Below are positions 20,630 through 30,026 of a stretch of DNA of 64,000 bases, piece by piece. This DNA comes from Microcoleus sp. (GTDB lineage: Bacteria; Cyanobacteriota; Cyanobacteriia; Cyanobacteriales; Microcoleaceae). The notes under the pieces are model-generated. The model was not told where the DNA came from. It ran no database searches and saw only the letters and a program-made list of their open reading frames with translations. The translations under genes and the position numbers were made by a program. The stretch lies in the NCBI GenBank assembly GCA_052279835.1, contig CP181291.1, positions 4,096,001-4,160,000 on the forward strand, written 5' to 3'. Position 1 is the first letter of the stretch. Each line of letters begins with the position of its first letter.

Positions 20630-22063
20630 TTAGGAAAGTGCGATCGCCACTTGATAATCCTTAGCATCTTTCTTAACTTTGAAAATTTTGCATGACTGCA
20701 AAAAATTAATCACCTTACTCCCCAAATTGAGTGATTGCAGTTTTTTAGTCAGTGGTTGATGGTATAACTTATGAAATTCGGTAGCCACCTGGTTAATCGG
20801 AACATAACTACCGGGAGATTGAGCCGTTAATCCTCTGATAATTTTGGCTACAGAAGTTTCCAAGGTAGCATAGGCCTGAGCTTTGGAAGCAGCCGATTTT
20901 TGCCCAACCATCGCCACTTGATGTTTTTGCCCGCTGGACTTTACTTGAAAAACTGTAGATTTAGACTGCAAATATTTTAGCAAGCTAGAATTTTTACCCA
21001 AAAAACTTTTCACAACTAAATCAGCATTAGATTTATATTTATCCAAAAAATCTTTCTGAATTCTTACCAGACTCACCGTATCCTCGTGCAACTCATTTTG
21101 GGCAGATTCAATAATTTCTAAAATTTTAATTTGAAAAACATCCAGAGAATCAATAGTAGGGGAATTGACAACAGGAACGATTTCTATATCCGGTTTTTGG
21201 GCAACATTTTGAGCGACAACAACCGCCAAAGGCGCTTCAGACATGGCAGAAACTTCCGGTTGTGCTGACTCAGAAACTGTGACTGCATGAGAACTTACAG
21301 AATTAAAAGCAATAGTATGGCGCTCTTTAAAAAACTGAGCCACCATCGAAAATCTAGCTATACGCTCCTCAATAGATTTATGCTCAGCCTGTAATAATTC
21401 TGCAACTTGATGAGCCAATTCCTCAAAACTAGGAATTTCCATTTCCCGATCGCAGGAATAGTGACGACTATCACCACTCCGACAATTTTCTACAGACAAA
21501 ACAGAATTTTGTCGCCGCACCCGAAACACAGTCAACCCCTGATTTTGCAACTGATTGCAAAGATGATTTAACAAACCATCCGAAGAACAAACAAAAACTT
21601 CTCGCACATCGCGATATCGATATAAAATAGCAGCACCAAAGGCAATCATTTTACCATCAGCACTATTAGCACCGCCCGGAACATGAATCAGCTCATAACC
21701 GCGGTCATAAAGTTCAGCATCCAACTTCCCCGTACTCGGATTTTTCCAATTAGCAAAAGCAACTTTAACTTGCAGAGGATAGGCGCACAAACTAGCTAAA
21801 AATTGTTCTGTATTAACATTAAGTTTCAGATTTTCAGCATCCAACAGCAAAATCGCAATCCCGCAGGACTCTGTGGTGGTTGCAGGGGCGATTTCCTGCG
21901 GGATAGCAGCCCTTAATTCACTTTCGGTGAATTGGCGACTTAAAGACTGTGGCCCTAGCGGATCGAAGAATTGTTTGCCGCAAGCCTTGCACAGATAACG
22001 CTGGCGACCGTTGGGACGGCCGTTCTTACGGAGTTGGTCAGATTCGCATCTTGGACATTTCAT
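20630..22063 (-). CDS. NYN domain protein with N-terminal IS1 InsA-like zinc ribbon and C-terminal LOTUS-like repeats
   Basis: CPRC...KNGR...QRYLCKACGKQF; LLDAEN, AFANW, NSADG, SSD; paralogous to 13113-14504. Confidence 0.8.
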   Translation of the reverse strand: MKCPRCESDQLRKNGRPNGRQRYLCKACGKQFFDPLGPQSLSRQFTESELRAAIPQEIAPATTTESCGIAILLLDAENLKLNVNTEQFLASLCAYPLQVKVAFANWKNPSTGKLDAELYDRGYELIHVPGGANSADGKMIAFGAAILYRYRDVREVFVCSSDGLLNHLCNQLQNQGLTVFRVRRQNSVLSVENCRSGDSRHYSCDREMEIPSFEELAHQVAELLQAEHKSIEERIARFSMVAQFFKERHTIAFNSVSSHAVTVSESAQPEVSAMSEAPLAVVVAQNVAQKPDIEIVPVVNSPTIDSLDVFQIKILEIIESAQNELHEDTVSLVRIQKDFLDKYKSNADLVVKSFLGKNSSLLKYLQSKSTVFQVKSSGQKHQVAMVGQKSAASKAQAYATLETSVAKIIRGLTAQSPGSYVPINQVATEFHKLYHQPLTKKLQSLNLGSKVINFLQSCKIFKVKKDAKDYQVAIALS

Positions 22064-22247
22064 TTAACCATTATTACAGCCTGCTCCCGAACTCAACAAG
22101 GCATTACCTATCTTCTTCTTCCTCTTCCTTCGCGCCCTTCGCGTCTTCGCGGTTCGTTAAATAGATATTCTTTGAGCGGTTCAAGAGTAACTTGTGGCAG
22201 TCGATCGCCCCATAATAGTAAAAGAAACTTAACAATTATTAAAAAAA

Positions 22248-23757
22248 ATGGCTAGAGATTTGCGAGGATTCCTGAAACTCCTAGAAGAAAGGGGACAACT
22301 GCGCCGGATTAGCGCCTTAGTCGATTCCGATCTCGAAATTGCCGAAATTTCCAACCAAATGCTGCAAAAAGGTGGCCCAGGCTTGCTGTTTGAAAACGTC
22401 AAAGGCGCAGAATTCCCGGTGGCAATTAACCTGCTGGGTACGGAAACAGCGCGTTTGCTGGGCGATGAACATGGAAAAGCCGATCGAACTAGAAGAGCTC
22501 GGCAAAAAATTAGGAATGCTACAACAGCCCAAACCCCCAAAAAAGATTTCCCAAGCCATAGAATTTGGCAAAGTGCTGTTTGACGTTGTGAAAGCGAAAC
22601 CAAACCGCGACTTTTTCCCAGCTTGTCAGCAAGTGGTAATTGAGGGAGAAGGGCTTGATTTGAACAAAATCCCGATGATTCGCCCCTATCCGGGAGACGC
22701 GGGCAAAATTATCACCCTCGGTTTGGTAATTACCAAAGATTGCGAAACCGGTACCCCAAATGTCGGGGTTTATCGCTTACAGTTGCAGTCAAAAAATACC
22801 ATGACTGTCCACTGGTTATCGGTGCGGGGAGGGGCGCGACACTTGCGGAAAGCGGCCCAGGCTGGTAAAAAGCTAGAAGTGGCGATCGCCCTCGGTGTCG
22901 ATCCACTAATCATCCTCGCAGCAGCAACCCCAATTCCTGTAGACTTATCCGAATGGTTATTCGCCGGACTTTATGGCGGTTCCGGCGTGAGTTTAGCGAA
23001 GTGCAAAACAGTAGATTTGGAAGTACCTGCTGACTCGGAAATCGTGTTAGAAGGAACGATTACCCCCGGTGAAGTTCTGCCCGACGGGCCCTTTGGCGAT
23101 CACATGGGTTATTACGGCGGTGTGGAAGATTCGCCGCTGGTGCGATTCAATTGCATGACGCACCGCAAAGACCCGATTTATCTGACCACATTTAGCGGCC
23201 GGCCACCGAAAGAAGAAGCGATGATGGCGATCGCCCTTAACCGCATTTATACCCCTATTTTGCGGCAGCAAGTATCAGAAATTGTCGATTTCTTCCTACC
23301 AATGGAAGCCCTGAGTTACAAAGCCGCAATTATCTCCATTGATAAAGCCTATCCCGGTCAAGCACGCAGAGCAGCTTTAGCCTTTTGGAGCGCTTTGCCG
23401 CAGTTTACTTACACTAAGTTTGTGATTGTTGTCGATAAAAGTATCAACATTCGCGACCCGCGTCAAGTAGTCTGGGCAATTAGTTCTAAAGTTGACCCAG
23501 TTCGAGATGTATTTATCTTGCCAAATACGCCCTTTGACACCTTAGATTTTGCCAGTGAAAAACTTGGTTTGGGAGGCAGAATGGGGATTGATGCGACTAC
23601 GAAGATGCCGCCGGAAACCGAGCACGAATGGGGCGAAGTTTTGGAGTCAGATCCGGATGTAGCGGCGATGGTAGAAAGGCGTTGGGCTGAGTATGGATTG
23701 GCTGATTTGAATTTGGGAGAAGTCGATCCGAATTTGTTTGGTTATGAGATGAGGTAA
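22248..23757 (+). CDS. ubiD: UbiD family decarboxylase, frameshifted by one extra A at 22444-22446
   Basis: [10 protein letters not shown]-terminus, [17 protein letters not shown]; removing one A gives LLGTEQRVCWAM. Confidence 0.9.
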
Positions 23758-23828
23758 GGACTTAGGCTTTGACCATTGTTGTCAACTTAAATTAAACCTT
23801 GAGTATCTCTTGTTTGTATCAAAGTCTA

Positions 23829-23908
23829 GATCCCCCCTAACCCCCCTTAATAAGGGGGGGACAAGAGTTATTCAAAGTCCCCCTTATTAAGGGGGATTTA
23901 GGGGGATC
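23829..23908. repeat. GC-rich palindromic REP-like element
   Basis: GATCCCCCCTAACCCCCCTTAATAAGGGGGG...CCCCTTATTAAGGGGGATTTAGGGGGATC; related cores near 43065, 47865 and 50095. Confidence 0.7.
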
Positions 23909-23987
23909 GAGACTCAACTACAAGTGACATTTATTCTGGATTTTGATAAACTGAGAGTAATGTTTTTTGCCGGGAGGCAAGTTTATT

Positions 23988-24644
23988 ATGTCTCTTGCCA
24001 AAGATTTAGAGTACACAGAAGAACTATCAGAAGTAATTGTAGTTCCACCTGCTGATTTATGGAGTAATGAGCCACCTTTGGAAAGTGATTTACATCGGCT
24101 GCAAATGCAGCTACTGATTGATTGTCTGGTTTGGCTGTGGCGAAGTCGCAATGATTTTTATGCAAGTGGGAACTTGACGATTTATTATAGTCCCCAACAA
24201 ATTAAGTCCCAGGATTTTCGTGGACCTGATTTTTTTGTAGTTTTCGGAACGGAACGCAAACCTCGTAAAAGTTGGGTGGTTTGGGCAGAAAACGGTCAGT
24301 ATCCTAATGTAATTGTAGAAATTATTTCTCCGAGTACGGCGGAAGTTGACAAGGGGTTGAAGAAAAACATCTATCAGAATATTTTTAGGACACCGGAGTA
24401 TTTTTGGTTTGACCCGAATGGGTTGGAGTTAGCTGGTTTTCTTTTGGTTGGCGGTCAATATCAACCTTTGGAAGCTAATTCTCAAGGTTGGCTGTGGAGC
24501 CAGCAGTTAGAGTTGTTTTTAGGGGTGCAAAATGGTCAGTTGCGCTTTTTTATGAAGGAAGGGCAATTGGTTCCGAGTCCGGCGGAAATTGCTGAAACTT
24601 TGGCGGCACAATTGCGGGATTTAGGCATTGAACCGAATGCTTGA
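23988..24644 (+). CDS. Uma2 family endonuclease
   Basis: EPPLESDLH, GPDFFVV, VEIISPST, EYFWFDP. Confidence 0.9.
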   Translation: MSLAKDLEYTEELSEVIVVPPADLWSNEPPLESDLHRLQMQLLIDCLVWLWRSRNDFYASGNLTIYYSPQQIKSQDFRGPDFFVVFGTERKPRKSWVVWAENGQYPNVIVEIISPSTAEVDKGLKKNIYQNIFRTPEYFWFDPNGLELAGFLLVGGQYQPLEANSQGWLWSQQLELFLGVQNGQLRFFMKEGQLVPSPAEIAETLAAQLRDLGIEPNA

Positions 24645-24809
24645 ATGTGAAAATTAATGCGATCGATATTTATGCACTCCGAAAAAGAAAACGGGTTTTT
24701 TCTAAGTCTTTGCACGGCGCAAAATCTGCTCAAAAAAACCCGGTTTATGGGGGTGGGGGCGATCGAATAGGTTTATACTAGCTAAGTAATCTTTTTAGGC
24801 GATCCTACT

Positions 24810-25034
24810 ATGCACGCAGTCAAAATTCAAAAAGTTGGAGATTCTTTAGTCATAACTCTGCCTGAAGAAGTATTGCAACAATTCAAAATCGGTGAGGGAG
24901 ATAATCTTTTCCTGACAGAAACTCCTGATGGAATTAAACTCACTACCTGCAATCCTGAAATCGATAAAGCAATGAAAGCTTATAGGAAAATCAGCGAAAA
25001 GTATAAAAATGCGCTGCGGGAACTTGCTAAATGA
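24810..25034 (+). CDS. AbrB/MazE-type antitoxin
   Basis: KIQKVGDSLVITLP...GD.L; C-terminal YKNALRELAK; 4-bp overlap with the toxin gene. Confidence 0.88.
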   Translation: MHAVKIQKVGDSLVITLPEEVLQQFKIGEGDNLFLTETPDGIKLTTCNPEIDKAMKAYRKISEKYKNALRELAK

Positions 25035-25423
25035 GCGAACCATTTTGGATGGGAGAAGAAATAGCAACAATGATTCATGCAGATCAAATTGTCCAGCATG
25101 GGGGTAGTCCGGGAATTAGAGATGAAAATCTTCTTTCAGCTAGTATAGCCAGACCGAGGCATCTATTTGCCTATGGCGAACCGACTTTGTTTGAGTTAGC
25201 AGCAGCCTATGGCTATGGTTTGACAAAGAATCATCCTTTTATCGACGGTAATAAAAGAACAGCGTTCGCTGTGATGGCAACTTTCCTGGAAGTAAATGGA
25301 TATTCTCTTGAGGTTCCTGAGATGGAAGTTGTGGGAATAATGGAACGGTTAGCATCTGATGGGGAAACCCAAGATACGTTAGCGAAGTGGTTGGAAGAAA
25401 ATTCTGTTCAGTCTGTTGATTGA
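25031..25423 (+). CDS. doc: Death-on-curing (Doc/Fic) family toxin
   Basis: HPFIDGNKRTA Doc motif; HGGSPGIRD. Confidence 0.9.
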   Translation: MSEPFWMGEEIATMIHADQIVQHGGSPGIRDENLLSASIARPRHLFAYGEPTLFELAAAYGYGLTKNHPFIDGNKRTAFAVMATFLEVNGYSLEVPEMEVVGIMERLASDGETQDTLAKWLEENSVQSVD

Positions 25424-25659
25424 ATTATATTGCAAGTTATGGTATTCCCATAGCGGGTTTTCATCGAGACTGGGAATGTCGATCGCACTTTTGGCCATTC
25501 GTGCCGGAATTGAGGGTTTTGGAGATTTTGAGGATTTGCGGAATTAAGTGCGATCGAGAATTACACATTACAACCAAAGCGGTAGGGTGCGTCAGGAAAG
25601 GTAATTCTGAATCATCAGCGAAAATCCAATTCTGACGTAGCATTTATTCCTGGTCTACG

Positions 25660-27048
25660 TCAGTTGTGAGATGGTGAGTCTTTACCGAAAATCTCATTCT
25701 TCTGACGCACTCTCATCCACTTTATACGTGGCGACAGAGAATCGCCTGGAGAATCGTCAAAGATTGCTCCTCGTTTGATTAAGTGTTGTTTTAGCTTTTC
25801 GGTAATTCCTAAGTTATCGCTAAATCGAGTCTTATTGACTTGGATACCTTTGAGATCAGCACCTCTGAGGTCGGCACCTCTGAGGTCGGCACCGCTCAGG
25901 TCGGCATCTCTCATGTCGGTACTGCTCAGGTCGGCAAATCTCAAGTCGGCATCTTTTAGGTCGGCACCTTTCAGGTCGGCACCTTTCAGATAGGTACCTT
26001 TCAGGTGGGTACCTATCGCGTCGGCAAAACTCAGCTTGGCACGTTTTAGGTGCGGACTTTTCAGGTCGCCATGGCTTAGGTAGGCAGGACTCAGGTTAGC
26101 ACGGCTCAGGTTGGTACCGCTCAGGTTGGTACCGCTCAGGTCGGCACCTCTCAGGTCGGCACCTCTCAGGTTGGCATCTCTCATGTCGGTATCGCTCAGG
26201 TCGGAGTCGCTCAAGTTGGCATCGATTAGGCAAGCAGTTCTTAAGTCAGCGTCGCTCAAGTCAGCACCGCTTAAATTTCGCCTTGAATTTCGGTTAGTGA
26301 CAATTTCCTCTACTAAACGCCATTTTTGTTCGCTGCTTTCGCCAGGAAACCAATCTATTTCTGTTAGTTCTTCTGACTTAATCTGAATTAAAAGTCGAGT
26401 AATTTTCTCTAGTAATTCGTCAAATTTCGGACTTTGGCTTAATATTTGAGCATCCTCGACAGGAAAGCCATCTAGTTCTGTTATTTCTCCTGACTTTATC
26501 TGAATTAAAAGTCGCGCAATATCTTTTTGAGACCCTTCTATGATTAATTTGATGCTGCCTTTTTGAATATTAGTGATATGTATACTATCACCTCCATATT
26601 TTTTGAGAATAGCTTCAAATATTTGGGGATCTGAAATCAAACTTATATCACCCTGCAATGTGATTACAGCTTTGATTCCTTGACTATGTTTATCTATAAC
26701 AGTTACTTGGCGGCTAAGCATTTTCTGCTGTACTCCCTCTTCAATATTAGGTCTAGCATTAACCTGAATTTCTATTGGTTCGTGATTTATTATGCTCTCT
26801 TGTGTTATTCCTGCAATCTCTTCCCACTTTAATTTTAGTGCATCACATATTTTTTGAAATGAATCAAGCTGAATTGGAACTTGATTGAAAAACTTTGTAA
26901 CTGTAGTGCGCGATAAGTGAACCACGGCAAACTTGCTCTTTGAGTCAAACCCTAGCCTAATTAAAGCTCTTTCTGCTGTCTCTATACCTTGTTTAGAGGC
27001 AACAATAGTAAGTTTTTTCTTTTTTTTGCATGGGCTAGCGTCTGGCAT
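25660..27048 (-). CDS. Pentapeptide repeat protein with N-terminal HTH-like and central TRADD-N-like domain
   Basis: LSRTTVTKFFN..PI....FQKICDALKL (HTH-like); ITNIQKGSIKLIIEGS (TRADD-N-like); A(D/N)L repeats. Confidence 0.75.
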   Translation of the reverse strand: MPDASPCKKKKKLTIVASKQGIETAERALIRLGFDSKSKFAVVHLSRTTVTKFFNQVPIQLDSFQKICDALKLKWEEIAGITQESIINHEPIEIQVNARPNIEEGVQQKMLSRQVTVIDKHSQGIKAVITLQGDISLISDPQIFEAILKKYGGDSIHITNIQKGSIKLIIEGSQKDIARLLIQIKSGEITELDGFPVEDAQILSQSPKFDELLEKITRLLIQIKSEELTEIDWFPGESSEQKWRLVEEIVTNRNSRRNLSGADLSDADLRTACLIDANLSDSDLSDTDMRDANLRGADLRGADLSGTNLSGTNLSRANLSPAYLSHGDLKSPHLKRAKLSFADAIGTHLKGTYLKGADLKGADLKDADLRFADLSSTDMRDADLSGADLRGADLRGADLKGIQVNKTRFSDNLGITEKLKQHLIKRGAIFDDSPGDSLSPRIKWMRVRQKNEIFGKDSPSHN

Positions 27049-27213
27049 TGATTACCTCAATTTCATAAAAACAATTCTTAGCGCAGTCATATCTCAAGCA
27101 TAAGGCAATCATAGCAAAGTCAAAAGAGATACACAAGATAATCATTGCCTAGTCAAGGTTTCAGGGATTTGGCTTCACAATAAAAATATCAAGTCTACAG
27201 GTTCTCCGAAATC

Positions 27214-27525
27214 ATGAATAACAAGCTAATCACCTACCCTCACTCCGCACTAGAAATGATTATTGTCAAAGAGCGCTTGCGCCAATCGCGTTATAGCTTT
27301 AACGCAGCTTTAGCAGCCACCGTACTCTCTACCTGCATTAGCCTTGTCGGTGCAGCACTCCTATTATCAGGAAAAGTTACTGAAGGTGCTGTCACCACAT
27401 CTAGCGGCATGGCTGTAAGTGTTGGTTGCTTGAAACTTGCCAAGGATGCAAACGATCGCCTTGACAGAATAACAAAAGAATTAATAGATGACACCAGGGA
27501 AATAGCCGAGTTCCCATCAAAATAG
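27214..27525 (+). CDS. Small two-TM protein resembling the cyanobacterial TRADD-N-associated membrane domain
   Basis: ERLRQSRYSFNAAL, two hydrophobic helices, AKDANDRLD; divergent from the TRADD-N-like gene. Confidence 0.65.
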   Translation: MNNKLITYPHSALEMIIVKERLRQSRYSFNAALAATVLSTCISLVGAALLLSGKVTEGAVTTSSGMAVSVGCLKLAKDANDRLDRITKELIDDTREIAEFPSK

Positions 27526-27531
27526 GACATA

Positions 27532-27744
27532 TTACCCTTCCAAAACCTCAACCAAGTCTTCCACCATCACATCGAAGACCTCAGCAAGTTTCTGCAAAGC
27601 CGTATAGTCCACCGTTGCCATTTTTGGGGCTTGGGCGTATTTTTTAACCGTGCTGTAGGGAATTCCCGTTCTGTCAGAGACTTCTTTGAGCGTCCAACCC
27701 TTCTCTTGGGCCAGTTCTCGAACTCGCAATCGTATTAAACCCAT
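27532..27744 (-). CDS. XRE/Cro-type HTH regulator (copy 3)
   Basis: 70 aa, GWTLKEVSDRTGIPYSTVKKY...LAEVFDVMVEDL. Confidence 0.88.
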   Translation of the reverse strand: MGLIRLRVRELAQEKGWTLKEVSDRTGIPYSTVKKYAQAPKMATVDYTALQKLAEVFDVMVEDLVEVLEG

Positions 27745-27764
27745 CTTCCCGCTGATAAATCAGT

Positions 27765-27977
27765 TTAATATTCCAATATCTCAACCAAATCTTCGATCGC
27801 AATATCGAACGCACGAGCCATCTTATCCAAAGCCGTGTAGTCTACAGTTGCCATACCTGGAGAATTAGCATAGGTAATTATCGTGGTATAGGGAATACCT
27901 GTTCTTTTGGAGACTTCTGTTAGATTCCAACCCTTCTCTTGAGCAAATTCCCGAACTCGCAGTCTAATTCGTCCCAT
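27765..27977 (-). CDS. XRE/Cro-type HTH regulator (copy 2)
   Basis: 70 aa, GWNLTEVSKRTGIPYTTIITY. Confidence 0.88.
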   Translation of the reverse strand: MGRIRLRVREFAQEKGWNLTEVSKRTGIPYTTIITYANSPGMATVDYTALDKMARAFDIAIEDLVEILEY

Positions 27978-27997
27978 ATTCCCAACGATAAATCAGC

Positions 27998-28210
27998 CTA
28001 TTCTTCCAAAATCTCAACCAAATCTTCGATCGCAATATCGAACGCACGAGCCAATTTGTTCAGAGCCGTATAATCTACAGTTGCCAGTTTAGGAGAATGG
28101 GCATAACTTCTAACGGTACTGTAAGGAATGCCCGATCGCTCAGAAACTTCTTTAAGCGTCCAACCCTTCTCTTCCGCTAATTCTCGAACCCGCAATCGAA
28201 TTAAACCCAT
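27998..28210 (-). CDS. XRE/Cro-type HTH regulator (copy 1)
   Basis: 70 aa, GWTLKEVSERSGIPYSTVRSY. Confidence 0.88.
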   Translation of the reverse strand: MGLIRLRVRELAEEKGWTLKEVSERSGIPYSTVRSYAHSPKLATVDYTALNKLARAFDIAIEDLVEILEE

Positions 28211-28217
28211 CTTGCAC

Positions 28218-28247
28218 TTGACAGTTGATACGAACGTATCATAAGCT
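28218..28247 (+). promoter_or_regulatory. Sigma70-like promoter with palindromic operator in the spacer
   Basis: TTGACA (28218-28223), 18 bp, TAAGCT (28242-28247); TGATACG-AA-CGTATCA at 28226-28241. Confidence 0.65.
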
Positions 28248-28340
28248 TGTAATTATCAAATAAGCGATCGCCCTCGGACCTGAGAAATCTAGAGCGATCG
28301 CCTTTCATTCACGACCCACAAAAGTGGGAAGGATTTTCCT

Positions 28341-28583
28341 ATGATACCAAAAGAACCGACATATCGCGATCGACTTCAACCGTGGCATCTGATTCGCCAC
28401 CTCCCCAAGTGTCAGCGGTTAACAGTCGCCCGTTTCGCCCGCCGCCGCGATTCCGAATCTTACCTCAATGCGCTGCGCCGCTTAATGCCCGCAGTCCCGC
28501 ATACAATTGTGTTCGTAAATGCGGTGCCTGTGCTAGATGAAAACAGCGTGCCAATTCCAACACAATTGGCGATCGAAGTTTAA
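28341..28583 (+). CDS. Small Arg-rich hypothetical protein, divergent from the HTH array
   Basis: YRDRLQPW...VARFARRRDSESYL, a motif I recognise from a multicopy cyanobacterial family; AAGGA RBS. Confidence 0.7.
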   Translation: MIPKEPTYRDRLQPWHLIRHLPKCQRLTVARFARRRDSESYLNALRRLMPAVPHTIVFVNAVPVLDENSVPIPTQLAIEV

Positions 28584-28603
28584 TAGCGATCTTTCCTGAT
28601 ATC

Positions 28604-28799
28604 TTGCATTTGTTGTCACATTCCGGCAGGGATTTAAATCCCTGCCTCAAAGCAAAAGTCCTCTCAAAGAGGACTGAAGAAAGGACTGAAGAAAGGATTG
28701 AATTAGAGATTAATCGATCGCCTTTTCAGTCGTCTTTAGACGACTTTAGCTCTCTCGGCGGGGGTTTAAACCCCCGACGGACTGTGGCAATAAGTGCAA
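28604..28799. mobile_element. 196-bp MITE-like element with nested internal palindromes
   Basis: 22-bp TIR (18/22 match) TTGCATTTGTTGTCACATTCCG / CGGACTGTGGCAATAAGTGCAA; hairpins GGCAGGGATTTAAATCCCTGCC and CGGGGGTTTAAACCCCCG. Confidence 0.7.
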
Positions 28800-28886
28800 A
28801 ATGTGCGATCGATTAATCTCTTACAGCATTCGTGCCAAAAAAATATTGCTAAACTATAAATAGACTTAAGTCAAGGAGTCAAATCA

Positions 28887-29675
28887 ATGCCATCTCCCTT
28901 TCCCGGTATGGACTCGTATTTAGAGCATCCCGAACTCTGGCGTGAATTGCATCACTTATTAATTAGTGAAGTTTTTAGATTTTTGTCTCCCCAACTGCGT
29001 CCCAAATATTTAGTCTCGTTGGAAGTGAGAATCTATGAAACCCTTGACGATAATTTATCAATTGGCATTCCTGATGTAAACGTAATTCAACCAAAAACCA
29101 AAACCGAATTAATCACATCAAACGTAGCCGTTGCAGCGCCACCGACACAACCCTTAACAGTAAATATTCCCATGCCCTACCAGGTTCGGGAAGGCTATTT
29201 AGAAATTAGAGAAAGGGGAAGCCAAGAATTAATCACCCTTATTGAAATTCTCTCGCCTACTAATAAACGAACAGGTAAAGGGCGACAAATGTATGAAGAA
29301 AAGCGAGAAGAAATTTTATCGAGCCGTACTCATTTAATAGAAATAGATTTATTGCGCCGCGGTCAAAAAATGCCAATTGTGGGCAATAACGTGGAAAGTC
29401 ACTATAGCGTTTTGGTGTGTCGGGGAAATCGCCGTCCCAAAGCAGATTTGTACGCTTTTAACGTGCAGAACCAGATGCCAGCTTTTCCTCTACCATTGCG
29501 ATCGGGCGATACTGAACCTATCATAAATTTGCAGGAATTATTCAATCAAATTTACGACATAGCAAGTTACGACTTGAAAATAGATTATCGCAACTGGGAA
29601 GTCATACCACCGCTGTCAGAGGAGGATACAATTTGGGCAAATGCTTGGTTGCGCGATCGCAACTTGCGCCAATAA
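28887..29675 (+). CDS. DUF4058 family protein
   Basis: MPSPFPGMD.YLE, IEILSPTNK, HLIEIDLLR. Confidence 0.9.
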   Translation: MPSPFPGMDSYLEHPELWRELHHLLISEVFRFLSPQLRPKYLVSLEVRIYETLDDNLSIGIPDVNVIQPKTKTELITSNVAVAAPPTQPLTVNIPMPYQVREGYLEIRERGSQELITLIEILSPTNKRTGKGRQMYEEKREEILSSRTHLIEIDLLRRGQKMPIVGNNVESHYSVLVCRGNRRPKADLYAFNVQNQMPAFPLPLRSGDTEPIINLQELFNQIYDIASYDLKIDYRNWEVIPPLSEEDTIWANAWLRDRNLRQ

Positions 29676-30026
29676 TTCAAATTACTAGCAACATACAAGC
29701 TCAACAACTCGTGACTTGAATTTATCGTCAATAAGCAACCCTACCCACAAACCCTCAAGGCGATCGGCTTTTTTCTCAAGTCCGAACCAAAAAGTCTTAA
29801 AATATACAATAAGTCACGTATATTAAAAACATTCGCCAATTTGCAATCATTCTTTACATATTTCAGTACAGCACACCCACCCCTAACTCTTCCTGACAGG
29901 AGAGAGCACAGTCTAGTTGGATCGAAGACAATAAACATGGCGACTTCCATGCAAGCTCGTGCAGTTTCTCTAGTCTCAGGTTTGTTCAGGTTATTTGCAG
30001 CCAGTTACGAGGAGAGTTGACCACCC

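Noticed and set aside
21960..22100. IS1 element at the NYN gene start
   Set aside because: Only the zinc ribbon is present; no InsB/DDE domain or terminal repeats
28604..28816. 70-aa ORF
   Set aside because: It coincides with the palindromic MITE and has no coding features
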